DNA of 63,761 bases, counting the filler, from Octopus bimaculoides (Eukaryota): the NCBI RefSeq assembly GCF_001194135.2. It is 9 parts of 7 records of this genome, joined end to end, with 100 filler letters (N's around TTAATTAATTAA, not from the genome) between each part and the next. Parts side by side here need not be neighbours in the genome. Positions count along the whole stretch, not along the records: positions 1 to 20,556 come from NC_068984.1; 8 more parts are not named here. The stretch is one strand, 5' to 3'. This document shows positions 1 to 13,282 of the stretch, piece by piece; within the stretch, counting starts at the first letter, position 1; each line of letters starts with the position of its first letter. Under the pieces are notes generated by a model that saw only the letters and a program-made list of their open reading frames with translations, searched no databases and was not told where the DNA came from. Made by a program: the position numbers and the translations under genes.

Positions 1-609
1 TAGAGGTAGAGGAAAGGTATTATATTAGAGAGAGGAAGAAGAAGTAAGCGTGTAAAATGTAACCAAGTTAATCTATGACTTTGTATGTATCACTTTCTCT
101 CTCTCTCCCTCTCCCTCTTTTACTCTTACTCCCTATAACAACGCCGGTACAGGGGGAAGGGAAGAAATATAAATGTTGCTAGAAACGACAGCCAAATCTC
201 CCTTAAATCACACAAAGTAAACGGAATTTGAAAAATCTAATTACTGCACTGGAAAGTTCAGATCGAGAAAATTCCATTGATGTAAACATTTTTACGAAAA
301 AGTGGAAAATGTGGATTTCTATAAACTTTCAAAAAGGCTTCACACAAACACACAATTTCAGATTTATATATTAAGATTACTCATATTGAATACATCCTAG
401 GGACGGAAGAAAACAAAGAGATCATATTAGGAAGTATTAAAAGTTTTCACAGTTATGTTGAGAAAATTGTTTCGAAACATTTTGGAATGCTGAACGTAAA
501 CGTGAAATTGAAACATATAGGTACCCTTCTTGAAAAACATTTGTAGCGTAATGCAAAAAGAAACGGAATATTGTTGCCAATTTCTTTGAAAGACACACGC
601 ACACACATT

Positions 610-612
<3 letters not shown>

Positions 613-661
<49 letters not shown>
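613..661. repeat. (CT)n microsatellite
   Basis: Perfect dinucleotide run. Confidence 0.95.
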
Positions 662-664
<3 letters not shown>

Positions 665-691
665 GTACATGCACTCGATTCTCCTTAACAG

Positions 692-3382
692 GAGATATTT
701 TGCTGAATGATGTATTATAGGTTTTCCTGTTCACCAATGGATACGCCAATAAACGTAGTTTGATTATTATCTTGTATTTCGTTTGTGGGAGTACTGAAGA
801 TTATCCAGGAGCTTAGGGAGCCAGTGGAGAATATCGTGTGAATCGTGCAATACAGAACAGTCGCCTTAATTTCTAATGTAATTTGGTTTAATAAATTTAT
901 GTTATTTAGTACGATGTCAGAGGTACAAGGGTGATATAATTAGAATAATAATAGTTTGGAAGTTGTCAAAAAGTTTAAGAAAGTGCCTCTGAGATAGATG
1001 ATAAGGAATTGAGTCAGTATTATTTGCGAGGTAGTCTTTTCCCAATGGATTATGCAAACATTCCGAAGAAACAACCTCTCTTATACTATCTAGTTTACAA
1101 AAGTAAACACTTTCCACATCAAAATATAAAATATAAATATGATAAAGGTATACTGACAATCTGTTTTACACCATTGACACATGCTCAATGATGTATTCGT
1201 CTTTACCAATCACTCAAATAGTTTTCCCATTCTTATGCACCAAACTCAAATAAACCCAGTAATAAAAACGTACATTCTCTCAATTTTAAATGTCTACCAT
1301 ACTATATTTATTATAAATATGTAATCACTCCGAGAACTGCAAATTCTGCATAGCCTGGACTAATAATCCGTTTAAAGTCCAATTCTCTAAAAATGATAAT
1401 TCCTTCAAAATTCTTGCTTGCTGGAAAACTGTAGCAGAAACCGAAAATCTCAGAGTTTGCGCGAACTGTAAGTCATAAACATATATCCAGTATATAAATG
1501 AACAGAAAAGCACTGATCAAACGCTATTATCGTAACTACTAAACATGTAATATATGTAGTGTTACGCCTTTTACATATATAAGTATATATGTATATGTGT
1601 ATGTTTTGAATGCGTGAATGTGAGAGAAATTGTGAATTATTTTTGTAGAAACAGATTAGAGCACAAGATAGATATAGCATTAATATTATCTGAACTGATT
1701 TAGGCATATTCATAATAATTACTTGAAAATCTTTTCACACAGTCTGGAATCTACTTTCAAACAGTTTGGAATCTGCTTTAATTTTGAATATGAAAAATCT
1801 TGTTGTGAATGCAATATTCAGCAAGAATCCTTTATATATAATTATTTGTGAGATATAGGTTCTGAAAACGTATTAGCAAACTTTTGGGGATAATTTCAGA
1901 AAAACGCCAGTTATCAGCGTAAACATTTTTGTGGCGATATAATAAACGTTGGTATTTAAAAATCTAAACTTAAATACAGTACTAGTTAATGAATAGTGTA
2001 TCATGGTTTGCTTTTTAGAATGACAGATTTGGTTCTTTTAGATTCAAATTAGGAAACGTGCCCTTAGCACTTTTACATCAAAAGTAAATATCAATGCAAT
2101 ACAGGAGCAATATATCCTAGGTACTTCCCAGATTACTTGTTGAATATCTGATATGACGTCTACCTCAAATTCGTATATGCTCGTGTAATGTCGAATATCA
2201 GTCCTCGTACAAACACCAAACCTTGGGATATTACTTATGTCAGAATGCTTGCAAAATATAGATCACAACAACTTTTGCAGATAAATCAATAAAAGAGAAT
2301 AGAAATAGTTCTTTATACATCTACATAGGAGACAAAAATCTTACTAGAGTTACACTGGTAAGGTATACACGGCAATCCACCACGCAGTTGTTCTTCAATA
2401 CAAAGTATAAACTGCTGTATGTTACCATTGATTAAAAATAAACACTAATGCTTTATTTTGGGGTGCAGTTACATGTCTCTAAGCTTCACAACGAAATGGT
2501 ATTAACTCACTTTTGTGAAATTCAAAAAAAGTAAAGCATTAACGAATATTTTCAAAATGAGGCAGATATGCATTCAAGTACGATGTGGTTCTTCGTAACA
2601 TATTTTACAATCAAAACTCCGAAGATTATTTTAATTTACACTAACATTGTACTGAGTACGGTCATCAGAAAAAATGCCGTCTGTATGTATATATATATAT
2701 CCAAATTCATAGGGTTGGGGTTCATATGTCTATTGCAGATATATGTGCATATATTCATATGCCTATTGCAGATACATATGTATATATATATATATATATA
2801 TATATNNNNNNNNNNNNNNNNNNNNNNNNNNNNNNNNNNNNNNNNNNNNNNNNNNNNNNNNNNNNNNNNNNNNNNNNNNNNNNNNNNNNNNNNNNNNNNN
2901 NNNNNNNNNNNNNNNNNNNNNNNNNNNNNNNNNNNNNNNNNNNNNNNNNNNNNNNNNNNNNNNNNNNNNNNNNNNNNNNNNNNNNNNNNNNNNNNNNNNN
3001 NNNNNNNNNNNNNNNNNNNNNNNNNNNNNNNNNNNNNNNNNNNNNNNNNNNNNNNNNNNNNNNNNNNNNNNNNNNNNNNNNNNNNNNNNNNNNNNNNNNN
3101 NNNNNNNNNNNNNNNNNNNNNNNNNNNNNNNNNNNNNNNNNNNNNNNNNNNNNNNNNNNNNNNNNNNNNNNNNNNNNNNNNNNNNNNNNNNNNNNNNNNN
3201 NNNNNNNNNNNNNNNNNNNNNNNNNNNNNNNNNNNNNNNNNNNNNNNNNNNNNNNNNNNNNNNNNNNNNNNNNNNNNNNNNNNNNNNNNNNNNNNNNNNN
3301 NNNNNNNNNNNNNNNNNNNNNNNNNNNNNNNNNNNNNNNNNNNNNNNNNNNNNNNNNNNNNNNNNNNNNNNNNNNNNNNNNN

Positions 3383-3431
<49 letters not shown>

Positions 3432-4072
3432 TATATGTGTGTGTGTGTGTGTGCGTGTGTGTGTATGTGCATGTGTGTATATGTATGTGTATGTACATGT
3501 ATACGTATATATATTTACTTATGGGTATACGCGAGTTTATTACCCCATGCGTGAAACTTTGCACACAACTTTATATCTTGCTTTACGTACGAAAGTATGC
3601 TCATATTTATCTATGCTATGTACGTACAATTGCTTACCTGCGTATATGTGTTCCTATATATGTGTGTGTGTGTGTATTCGTCCATACGTGTGCATATGAG
3701 CATATATCTCGTTGTATGTATATGCCTATATACTTGGATGTGTGTGTGTGAGCACGTATGTATATATGTGTATGTATGTGTGTGTGTGTGTGTATCTGTG
3801 AATGTATATATGCGTCTAGGCACAAACATAAAAAAAATTCGTCTAGGTATTATCTTCCTTCCAACTTCTACTTTTTATTTCCCTTAACAGTTACAACAGC
3901 TAAAGTTCTTTACGTCATTTCCTCTAATCTAGAATCTATGCTTTCCACGTTGATATTCAAAAACTGGTACTATATTTTAAAAGATCAAAAACTGAAAGCT
4001 ATGCCTAGCTGAAAGATCTCTAAGATCGTTAACTCACTGCTGAACAATCTATATCCGAAATTTTCAACGGTT
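692..4072 (+). pseudogene. Channel repeat 1 remnants: S3-S6 and pore (692-1102), C-linker/CNBD (1330-1468, 1743-1925, 2105-2357, 3891-4072)
   Basis: SQYYLRGSLFPMDYANIP (MDYANIP at 1045-1065 resembles VGYGDIP); WNLLSNSLESALILNMKNLVVNAIFSKNPLYIIICEI*VLKTY*QTFGDNFRK (C-linker into CNBD); VMSNISPRTNT..ITYVRML; TTAKVLYVISSNLESML. AG acceptors precede 692, 1743, 2105 and 3891; GT donors follow 1102, 2357 and 4072. Confidence 0.5.
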
Positions 4073-4581
4073 GTAAGCATATCCCTAAGTTCCTTTTGAC
4101 GAATCAGGAAAATTCCCCCTCCACCTGTTGAATAAACTGTAAGACGCTCTTGTTTTCATCCTTATAATTTACGGGGTGGGGGAGATAACTCTTTTTTCCA
4201 TTTCCTTCTTATTGACTACTCTTTCATTTTCCGATTTTTTCAATATTCCCCTTTTTGTATATAATTCGTTGATGCTTTCTTTTCGTTTTTTCTCTTAGTC
4301 TATTTATAGTTCGTTATGCCATAACAGTTGTACCTGAGGACTGTAACGAGATGTAAGATAGGTTATAAAGCATTATTTGACAAGATCTCAACATATGAAA
4401 CTAATAGTAACACAAAACACGTATTGTGTTTATCTAATATATATATATTAGTACTCCCCTTATGCGTAGCGATACTAATTAACTGGTGATACGACTTAGT
4501 CAAGTACAGAGCATGATAAGATATTAAATAAATTATAAAGCAACAAGAAATTATGTAATAAACATCATTATTATACTGCAG

Positions 4582-5324
4582 TTTCTTCCATAAGGTGCAT
4601 TGAACTCATAGTTGTATATCAGCCTATAACTTTGCAGAAATTTCAAAATTAAGTGCTGATCTCTTTCGAAGCTGTGCCGACGTTATTCGATGAAACACAA
4701 ACACTTAGTTATGAGTGGATTACATCACGTAGCGGAACAAGTAGTAAGCTGCTGAAGTTCACCGCATAAGCGTTTGTTCCCTGGTTATACATTTAATTAT
4801 ATGTTTGTGTGAAAGCGTTTCGATACACTCACCTCGGTCAAGTGAATGTATGTATAGTTATATCTGTCTATACTAACCTATATTTAAATTGTTGTGTTTT
4901 TAAATTCATCTCTATAGTAATTGTATATAAAGAAAAGAACCGTAGAAGTTGAAACAAATATAATCAGAACAAAATTCGACACGATTCATTTTCAGAAATG
5001 TATAAAACTAAATATGACAATAGTTTCGAGAGGGCATATATTGTTATATTGTTAATGTAGTCATGAACATAGGAAAATGGTGCGAGTAATGATTTACAAA
5101 CAACGGCAGAAGGAAATACATTCACGGCAAATTATGCTTTTAGTCATGTTCAGAAATACATCAAATTTATCATTAGTGTCAACAGTTACCGTATTGTTGA
5201 AGTATTCATATTATAATATTAATGATAATGGTAAGAATTATTATTATTATTATTATCATTATTATTATTATCATTATTATTATTATCATTATTATTATTA
5301 TTATTATTATTGTTGTTGTTGTTG

Positions 5325-5394
<70 letters not shown>

Positions 5395-6852
5395 GGGTAT
5401 ATTCGCAATCGTCGTTATTTCTTTATTTTCAGCATAATTTCAATTATGTCATTGTTAATAATATAAAACGGCTTATACTTATTTTCATGTTTTATTTGTT
5501 TAAGTACATTCACTTCACTTAAGAGATCATATCTGGCATATAATGCGTTTTGTTTAAGTGTATAATATATGATTTTACTGTGGTTAATGTGCGCAACATA
5601 TTCACAAACCTCGTACAACTACATTATGTATGTTATGCACAATTGCATGGTGTGTTTAGGTCATGTATCTGATTGTGTCAACCATTCCTTACGTACTTAT
5701 TATTAAGGAGATACGTATTATAACTAAAAATGAAGGAATTTCATTTCTGTTAAAGATGCTAACTTAACAATGTTTGTTTGTTTTTTTTATAGATAACCCA
5801 TAGTATTTAGTATCCAGAGAGAAGCTTAGTAGACCCAGAAAAAGATAGAGACAACTCGCTTGAGCGATACAAGGACGAATTTCCAATAGGTCAAATTCAA
5901 GTTTTGTACGAAGAAAAAAATGTTGCGCTGATTTAAGTGGAAGAATCGTTTGACACTCTACCGATGAAATGCCAAACTGAAAATGTATGGAAATTTGGAG
6001 CTACACTCCTCTAAGTACATGAATTGGTTAGGCGGCGTCGAAAATAATCAATAGATTACGTTTCGCATGTACCACATAACACTACAAATCTTATTAAAAC
6101 GTTGTAGCCGCTATGTAAATTGAACCGACCTACAAACAATTATCCTCATCCATATCATTGATTAATGCCTTTCTTTACTTATATTTATGTTTAATTGTTG
6201 TGTGCCGTTCAAGTTTTCAGTTATTAAAATCCAGTTTACATATAGAACGAAAATGATCAAGACACTGTGCAAATTGACCTTAATTTTGCTGTGGTGATAG
6301 CCAGTATTTTGACGTTCCGTTCAATTTGTTGAATGCCCTCTTTATTGCCTTTTAAATGTGTATGTATAGCTTGCTACACAACTAAAACATGTGCAATATC
6401 TTACATAAAAACAGAGACAGTTTGGACTGTTGAATTTAGATTCATCTACAATCCTTCCCAAATGGAATAATCGCTGTACAGTGAGGAAGATACCGATGAC
6501 AGAGGGTAGATTATTTGTATACACGGCGACAAATGCCCAACAATGTTAATCAATGAGTACTTATATATTTCGGACAGAAACTCCTGTCATCCTTTTAATC
6601 TTTCATCAATTTTGTAATATTCATTCTAGATTTAATGCTGCAGGATTTAAAGATGGTGTGGTCTTCCCTCCCGAAATGGGTAAAAATGTCGAATTTTCAT
6701 ACACTTATACATTATGGACATGATGTCAAGCACCACATCAATCAAAGAGATAATCACTATACAAGGGAATCAAATGGAGAGAAAGGATCACTCCGTAACC
6801 AATCACATTGATGGAAATGCAGGTCAGAAGCTGCAGAGCTATGTTCATCAAG
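4582..6852 (+). pseudogene. Channel repeat 2 remnants: S1 (4582-4710), S2/S3 linker to S5 (5793-6050), turret/pore helix (6370-6505), filter-S6-C-linker (6630-6852)
   Basis: FFHKVH*THSCISAYNFAEISKLSADLF; SLVDPEKDRDNSLERYKDEFPIGQI...ALI*VEESFDTL...NVWKFGATLL*VHELV; VWTVEF...*SLY; AAGFKDG (GFKD at 6643-6654); LYIMDMMSSTTSIKE...KLQSYVHQ ending at a strong AAG|GTGAGT donor (6853). The 4582 segment can alternatively be read as a CNBD C-terminal half. Confidence 0.5.
5237..5393. repeat. Compound (ATT)n/(GTT)n microsatellite
   Basis: Trinucleotide runs; explains the poly-Y/I/L ORFs. Confidence 0.95.
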
Positions 6853-6859
6853 GTGAGTA

Positions 6860-7847
6860 GAGTATGGTAACAGTCAGAGAAACAGCTAAAATTACCTTGC
6901 TCCCCGCAATTTTACCACCACGCCATATTGCATGTGGACAATTATGGAGTGGATTTTATAAATATAATATTATTCTCCCCTTCCTTAATACCGGTTCCCG
7001 TATGCTACTCGTATCTGCACTCGGTCTGCTTAGGAGGTTGTTGTGTCCTTGCATATGTGCTGCTTCTTTTAGTTTTCGTATTTTCCAGTGGTGTTCTCTG
7101 TGTATTATTTTAACTTCCTCCCACCGGGAGAGGTGGTCTCCATTTTTCGATACATGATCAGCTATACCCGATTTATCAATATCTCCTCGTGTCACAGCTT
7201 TGTGATATTCATCTAACCTTATTTTGAGGGAGCGGCATGTTTCGCCTTTGTATAAACTACCACAGCAGCATGGGATGGAGTACACGTAGTCTTTGGTCAT
7301 GTTCTCTTCTATTAGTGGTTTTGCTCGAAGGAGATTTTTGCGAAGTGTTGTATTACTCTTGAATACTGTCCTGACGTCATATGGGCCGCATATCTTTTGT
7401 ATGTTTTCGGAGACGCCTTTCACATGGGGTAGACAGACTGTGGACAGTTTATTGGCCTCGTCCTCTCTCTGCTTCATAATTGGAGTGGAGCGTATACATT
7501 TGGGTTAGTTGTTGCTTAAGAGATCGTTATTGCGCTTGATCATTTCTTCGTGGTGTGTATCACGATCGCTAATTATATTGTTTGCATGATGTTTTAGGCA
7601 CTGAACAATCCCTCGATTTAAACTGTATGGATGGTGGGAATTCAAGTCGAACTATCTTCCAGTTAAGGTCGGTTTGCGGTATACGGATGTCCTGAATCCA
7701 TACTTGGTGCGTGTTATTAATACGTCCAGGAATGCCAGCTGATTGTCTTTTTCCTTTTCCATTCTGAACTGTATGTATGGCTTTATTGAGTTCACATGAT
7801 CTAACAGCACTTGAACCAAATTCTCAAAGTATTCCATATATATATGG
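6860..7847 (-). mobile_element. Penelope-like element (Penelope/Poseidon type), 5'-truncated: RT C-terminus plus GIY-YIG endonuclease
   Basis: ORF 7652-7966 contains YMEYFE...IQFRMEKEKDNQLAFLDVLITR...SVYRKPT (PLE RT thumb). ORF 6956-7477 contains VYSIPCCCGSLYKGET.RSLKIRLDEY...SGIADH...RKLKEA (GIY-YIG). Confidence 0.92.
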
Positions 7848-8042
7848 CTATTACCGGTGATAAAGGCGAACCCATAGCTTAACCCTCCTCTTTTCGATAG
7901 ACACCTGAAGAAGGCTGGAGGGTATATCAGCCGAAACTTTGTGTTAACAACAAACAAGATGAGCACAAATATCCGTTGAATTTACATAATGTAAATAATG
8001 TAAATAATGCACATAATTCCTCATCTCTTAAATATAGAACTA
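7848..8042 (+). mobile_element. Inverted pseudo-LTR-like segment of a Penelope-like element
   Basis: Non-coding segment abutting the 5'-truncated RT in the opposite orientation; carries a hammerhead-like core; the junction is the palindrome CCATATATATATGG (7834-7847). Confidence 0.6.
7900..7945 (+). ncRNA. Minimal type I hammerhead ribozyme motif (PLE-associated), probably mutated
   Basis: GACAC-CTGAAGA-A-GGCTG(10-nt loop)CAGCC-GAAAC-TTT-GTGTT: core boxes, 5-bp stem II, stem I GACAC/GTGTT. Stem III is imperfect. Confidence 0.65.
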
Positions 8043-9536
8043 TAAGGGAAAGAATTGTTTTTCATTCGCACTAAATAAACAATCGTATCTTTTACATTAC
8101 CATTTTCTCTCTTCTCATCTACTTGCTATCACACATGTCCAAAATTCTGTCTTCTGTCATTTCATCTTTGGACACCATAAAATTTTGGGGAAACATAGAA
8201 TAAAGCAAAATGTAAATCAATGAAACAATTCATTAAAATTTAATAAACTTATTACAATCAACAGGATAATACATTCTCCATAAATTGATGCGTTTATGAT
8301 GAGATAATACTATTGATCATATAGAAATGATTTAATTCCGATGTCAAATATGGTCTACGAAATAAAAGTGAATTTCATTGAAATAAGAAATTAAGACGGT
8401 GTTTTATGAAGATTTCTGAAGAATAATATATGCGTATACGTTTGTATATGGAGACATATATGATAGAGTTTTTCGATTCGATATACTGTTCAATTCTACT
8501 CATTCTCCATAATTTTAGATTCATGTACGAGAGATGAAGCACATGATTTGCTTCTACGTAAAGACCTGGTCAAGTGAAAGATGAATCTTGACTATAGCTG
8601 AGAGTTTAACTGCTTTAAAATCTGTTGTCGCTTTTCAGGAATAATCAAATCTTTTTAAAAAGGGAAATTAATGTAATTCGACAATCCAGTAAGAATGAGA
8701 GGGCCTGCTTAATTTGATGACCCAAAAAGAATATGGTCTTCTTTTTATTAGGACAAATTCGTAAATTATTTCTATATTATTTTTTCCGGTAAGGACATAA
8801 GCAACAAATATGTATCGTAAAATATTATTGTCTGTGTTGTAAACGAAATGGCGTTAACCATGACTTTTTTCGAAACTCTAATGCAAGTATATATAATTTT
8901 GAAAAGAAGCCTAAGCTGTGAAATTACTACCAATGTTATAGGTAATCCAATTACCGCTGTTGCTAGCATTGCAACGACGTTGTTTGCTTTAGTTTTTGTT
9001 GTAAACAAAAATACATGCACAATGAATAATTCCAATGATTATATAAACAAATATTTGAAGTTCAACTTTGAAATATCAGCATATGTCAAAAGGTTTTACC
9101 AGGTACCTGCCCACACGGAAATTTTTCACAATGTGTCAGATCATAAGTATAGAGAAAATTCAAAGAAGTAAGATGCAGAAATGTATAATTAATATCTAGT
9201 AATACAACAGTGGAATAGCAAAATGGGTCCACTACTCGTCGATACAATAATTTAGCTGTGAAATGCTTCAAGGAAAATGTTTAAAGTATTTCCACACACA
9301 AAATGTTAACAATTCCAGCGTCAGGTAAGTCGCACAACCTCTAGTAATATAGTACTTTCTATCTGGGTACCATATATGTCTGCATGTGTACGTGTATATA
9401 TGTATATCCTGAAGATGTGTAAAGGAATTTTGATTTATTAAGTCTCTTAATGATTTTTTTAATACAGAAATATATATTGAAGATGATAAATATGTTCATT
9501 TAATTATATACGTTTTTGCGTCGTAACTCCTTTAGT

Positions 9537-9546
9537 ATTATTATTA

Positions 9547-9618
<72 letters not shown>

Positions 9619-9644
9619 NNNNNNNNNNNNNNNNNTATATAGAT

Positions 9645-9707
<63 letters not shown>

Positions 9708-9730
9708 CATACATACATACATACATACAT
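9537..9730. repeat. (ATT)n and (GATA)n/(CATA)n microsatellites around a gap
   Basis: Direct inspection. Confidence 0.95.
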
Positions 9731-9895
9731 TGTTTCAGTTTTTGTCTACGAAACACTCTCACATGGCTTAGCGGAATTAACCCTGAACCATGCAGTTCGG
9801 AAGCGGACTTCTTATCGCACACCCTCATAGAAATAGGCAGATATAAGCAAATACATATGAAATTATACATTTACGAATGTGTGTTCCAGTGCATA

Positions 9896-10445
9896 TAGGC
9901 GTAGGCGAGGCTGTGCGGTAAAATGCTTTCTTCCCAATTACATGGTTTCAGATTCCGTCCCACTACATGTCATCTTGGGCCGATGTCTCCTACTATAGCT
10001 TCGAGCTAACCAACGCCTTGTCAGTGGATTTGGTAGGCGGAAACGGAAAAATATATATACATACAGAAAGAGAGAGAGAGAGAGGGAAGGAGAGAGAAAG
10101 AAAGAGAAAGAGAAAGCGAAAGAGAGAAAGAGAGAGAGAAAGAGATAAATAGATAGGTAGATGTGTGTGTATGTGTTCGTACATGTGTCTGTGTGCGTAC
10201 ACGTGCTTCTCTATGTATGTATTTGTCTCCCGCCACGGATTGACAACCAGTGTTGGTATGTTTTTGCCCAAATAACTAAGCAGATCGGCACATAGAACAA
10301 ATCCTCCACTCCACCAAAAAGAAAAATGGACAATCTCAAAAATAGAAACAGTAATTACTGTAGTAGATAAGTCCGTCTACAATTCTTCATGGATATGCTT
10401 CAGCATGGCTGCAGTCCAATGACTGGAAGAAGTAAAAGATAAATG
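9896..10445 (+). mobile_element. tRNA-derived SINE family A (diverged copy) with internal (GA)n/(GT)n
   Basis: Same head, body and tail as the copies at 16443 and 52160 (GTGGATTTGGTAG.CGGAAAC; CAGCATGGC.GCAGTC.AATGACTG). Confidence 0.8.
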
Positions 10446-11182
10446 TGCGTAGATCGATAGACTTCTAGAGAAAGAGGTATTGTTTGTGTTTGAGAGGTAT
10501 TTATGTGTTTGAGAGTGTCTACTATTGCGGTTGTTCACATACAAGTATACGAAGCAACTTTGAATTGCTTTTATTTCGATAACAAACTTTTCTAGAAATT
10601 TTTGAAGGGGAATTAAATCCATTTCGAATCTAATTTTAAGTCTGTAACATGCCATGAGATTTTGGCTGTATGGATTTCCTTGCAAGGCAATAATGATCAA
10701 GCAATTAGAAAAAAGTAAAAGAAATCTATTAGAGTACGCACTTGCGCGCGCACACACACCACACGTACACGTGTGCGCACAAACACTACACGCACTCGTG
10801 CACGCACACACAAGCACCACGTAGAAGCATTGAGAAAAAGAAATATGAGGAACTGAGGAGAGAGAAAAATATAATTAATAGAGTAAGAAATGAGGTAGAA
10901 TATAAAGTGAGGGTGACAAAATAAGTGAAAGATAGAACATGAAACAGAAATAAGAAGTGAGAGAAAATTTGAGAATATCTCGAAATCAGAGAGCCACAAG
11001 GAAAACGATGGATAATAATGTATATTTTACTTGTAAGATTTCTTTTGGAGAAATCAACAGCAGTATTTCAATACCAATAACATGAAATTCATCCGTAATA
11101 TTATAAGCGGTGGCGAATACAAGAAACATACATATCGATATGTAGCTGAATCAAGAAAGAAGTATATCTATCTATCTATCTA

Positions 11183-11220
<38 letters not shown>

Positions 11221-11389
11221 GAGAAAATAAAATAATTAAAACATCAAAAAACAGGGAAAACTAAAAAGTTTCTATTGCATAACATCTTGGGGGCATGCTC
11301 TCACCTTGGAAAATATAATTTGCATAGTAAAACTGATGTTAGCACAAGTAAAATTTCAGGAAAAGTTACTTTAAGTATANNNNNNNNNN

Positions 11390-11424
<35 letters not shown>

Positions 11425-12336
11425 AAGTATGAGATAAAGAGACCAATGGTATACACAAATTCACATTTTATGTAGAATGCCATATATCTGTTACAGGGAA
11501 AATTCAGTGTATCCCTTCATCGGAGACGGTAATAATATAAGTTAACGATTATTAAATCTTTATGAAGAGATTTGCAGTAATAAATGAGAGCGATGCGGAG
11601 AAGAAAAATCAAAGAAGAGAAAGTACTTGGAGTATAGTTCCCTTCCAAAGGTAAATATCCATGTATAGAATCCGTGTGAGTATTTTCCAGTGATAATTAT
11701 AGGGATACATTGAATTTTCCCTGAAACAGTTGTAAGACATTCTACAAAAGATATTAATTTGTTTATACCATTGGTCTTTTTTTCTCATTCTTTTTGTAGA
11801 TACACACGCTAATACAAGACCCATGTTAAATTCCCCATTCATGTTGCAACCATATCTGGGGCAAAACTAGTCGGTATACACCACTTACTCGGTATTACCT
11901 GTAACATTCGGGTCTGGTTGACTCCATTACCCCACACAACCTTAGATCGNNNNNNNNNNNNNNNNNNNNNNNNNNNNNNNNNNNNNNNNNNNNNNNNNNN
12001 NNNNNNNNNNNNNNNNNNNNNNNNNNNNNNNNNNNNNNNNNNNNNNNNNNNNNNNNAAATTTTAATTTTCTAAGAGATTTTATGTTTCGTTTCTTTAAAA
12101 GATGAACCTTATCAAAAATATATATTTTTAAAAGTTAAGTGTAATAAAAGAAAAGTTCATAATTATTTCTTACTAGTTTCAACAGACTCCACGTGTTAGC
12201 GTTTTATGTGTGGTAACATAATTGCGTTCTTGTGCTTTGAGTAAGAAGTTGAAGTAGCAGCAGTAGAAGTATGACTCCTTGGCTGCAGAACTGAAAGTGA
12301 TCGTTAGCTGTAATAAGAGTAGTAGTAGAGACCGTT

Positions 12337-12352
12337 GGTCGTCGTCGTCGTC

Positions 12353-12427
<75 letters not shown>

Positions 12428-12490
12428 ATAGTAGTAATAGTAGTGGTAGTGGAAGTGACACCACGGTCACTACTACTACTACTACGACCA
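12337..12490. repeat. (GTC)n/(GTA)n/(CTA)n microsatellite
   Basis: Direct inspection. Confidence 0.95.
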
Positions 12491-12971
12491 ACAATATATT
12501 CCTAACAAGTCAAACAATGATGGTCAAAGTCTGTAGTCTTATATATTATGCACATAGCAATATATATATAATAACGCCCACTAGACCAATTGCATATAGC
12601 TGATTGATTAGGCCTAACCTTACGCTGAAGAACAGAAACAGTTTATTACCCAAACATATGTTATATTGAATGGGAATTTTATCAGATTGCTGTGATGCGT
12701 TGAAATGTTGCGATACAGATACCTTAACAGCTCGAGTATGCTGTTACCTATAATCAGAAATTGTTTATATATTCTAGCAAAGTAAGAAACATTCCATTAA
12801 ACAAAATCCGATAGATTTCCTGAACTACTTCCGTCTTAAAATTATCATTTATGCTGTAATGGTTGTTATTTCATACAAGGTTAAGTTTACCATACTGGGA
12901 TATGTTCAAAGACTTCTGAACGTTCAAGAATTTGCGAATATTTATAATTAATGAATGTCTTTCCTGATTTC

Positions 12972-13002
<31 letters not shown>

Positions 13003-13282
13003 GTCCAAATTTACAGAAAACAAAAGACAGATGTATTCGTTTCAAATTTACAGAAAACAAACAGGTGCATTAGTCCCATATTTATATATATAAGGACAAT
13101 TTGAGGAGTGTTTGTCATCTAGTAAAGTTAGCCGGGGGATTGATTTTAGGCTCCATTTTTGGTTCTTAGTTCTTAAACTGCATTAGTGAAATGTGAAATG
13201 TAGAGCAATATATTTATGGGAGATATTATTTCTCCACTAAAACGCAGTTCATATATATGTACACATAGGTATATATGCATTA

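Larger units (their letters stand above)
8275..11165 (+). pseudogene. Channel repeat 3 remnants: S1-S4 (8275-8700), S5-pore-S6-C-linker (8760-9166), CNBD (9192-9324, 10520-10715, 11038-11165)
   Basis: MVYEIKVNFIEIRN*DGVL; HMICFYVKTW..*ILTI; the ORF at 8848-9171 gives TTNVIGNP...IATTLFALVF...INKYLKFNFEISAYVKRFYQ..TEIFHNVSDHKYRE; ISFGEINSSISIPIT*NSSVIL*AVAN starts exactly after acceptor TTTTACTTGTAAG at 11038. Confidence 0.55.

Noticed and set aside
2568-3751. Long ORFs across N gaps here and at 24.8-25.6, 37.4-38.5, 39.8-40.6 and 43.9-44.7 kb
   Set aside because: Made of X residues and (TA)/(TG) microsatellite translations.
4334-4401. CTGAGGA...GAAAC hammerhead-like pair; a similar one at 45915-45950
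   Set aside because: Stems I and III cannot be built convincingly and the second has a mutated core; at best very old PLE ends.
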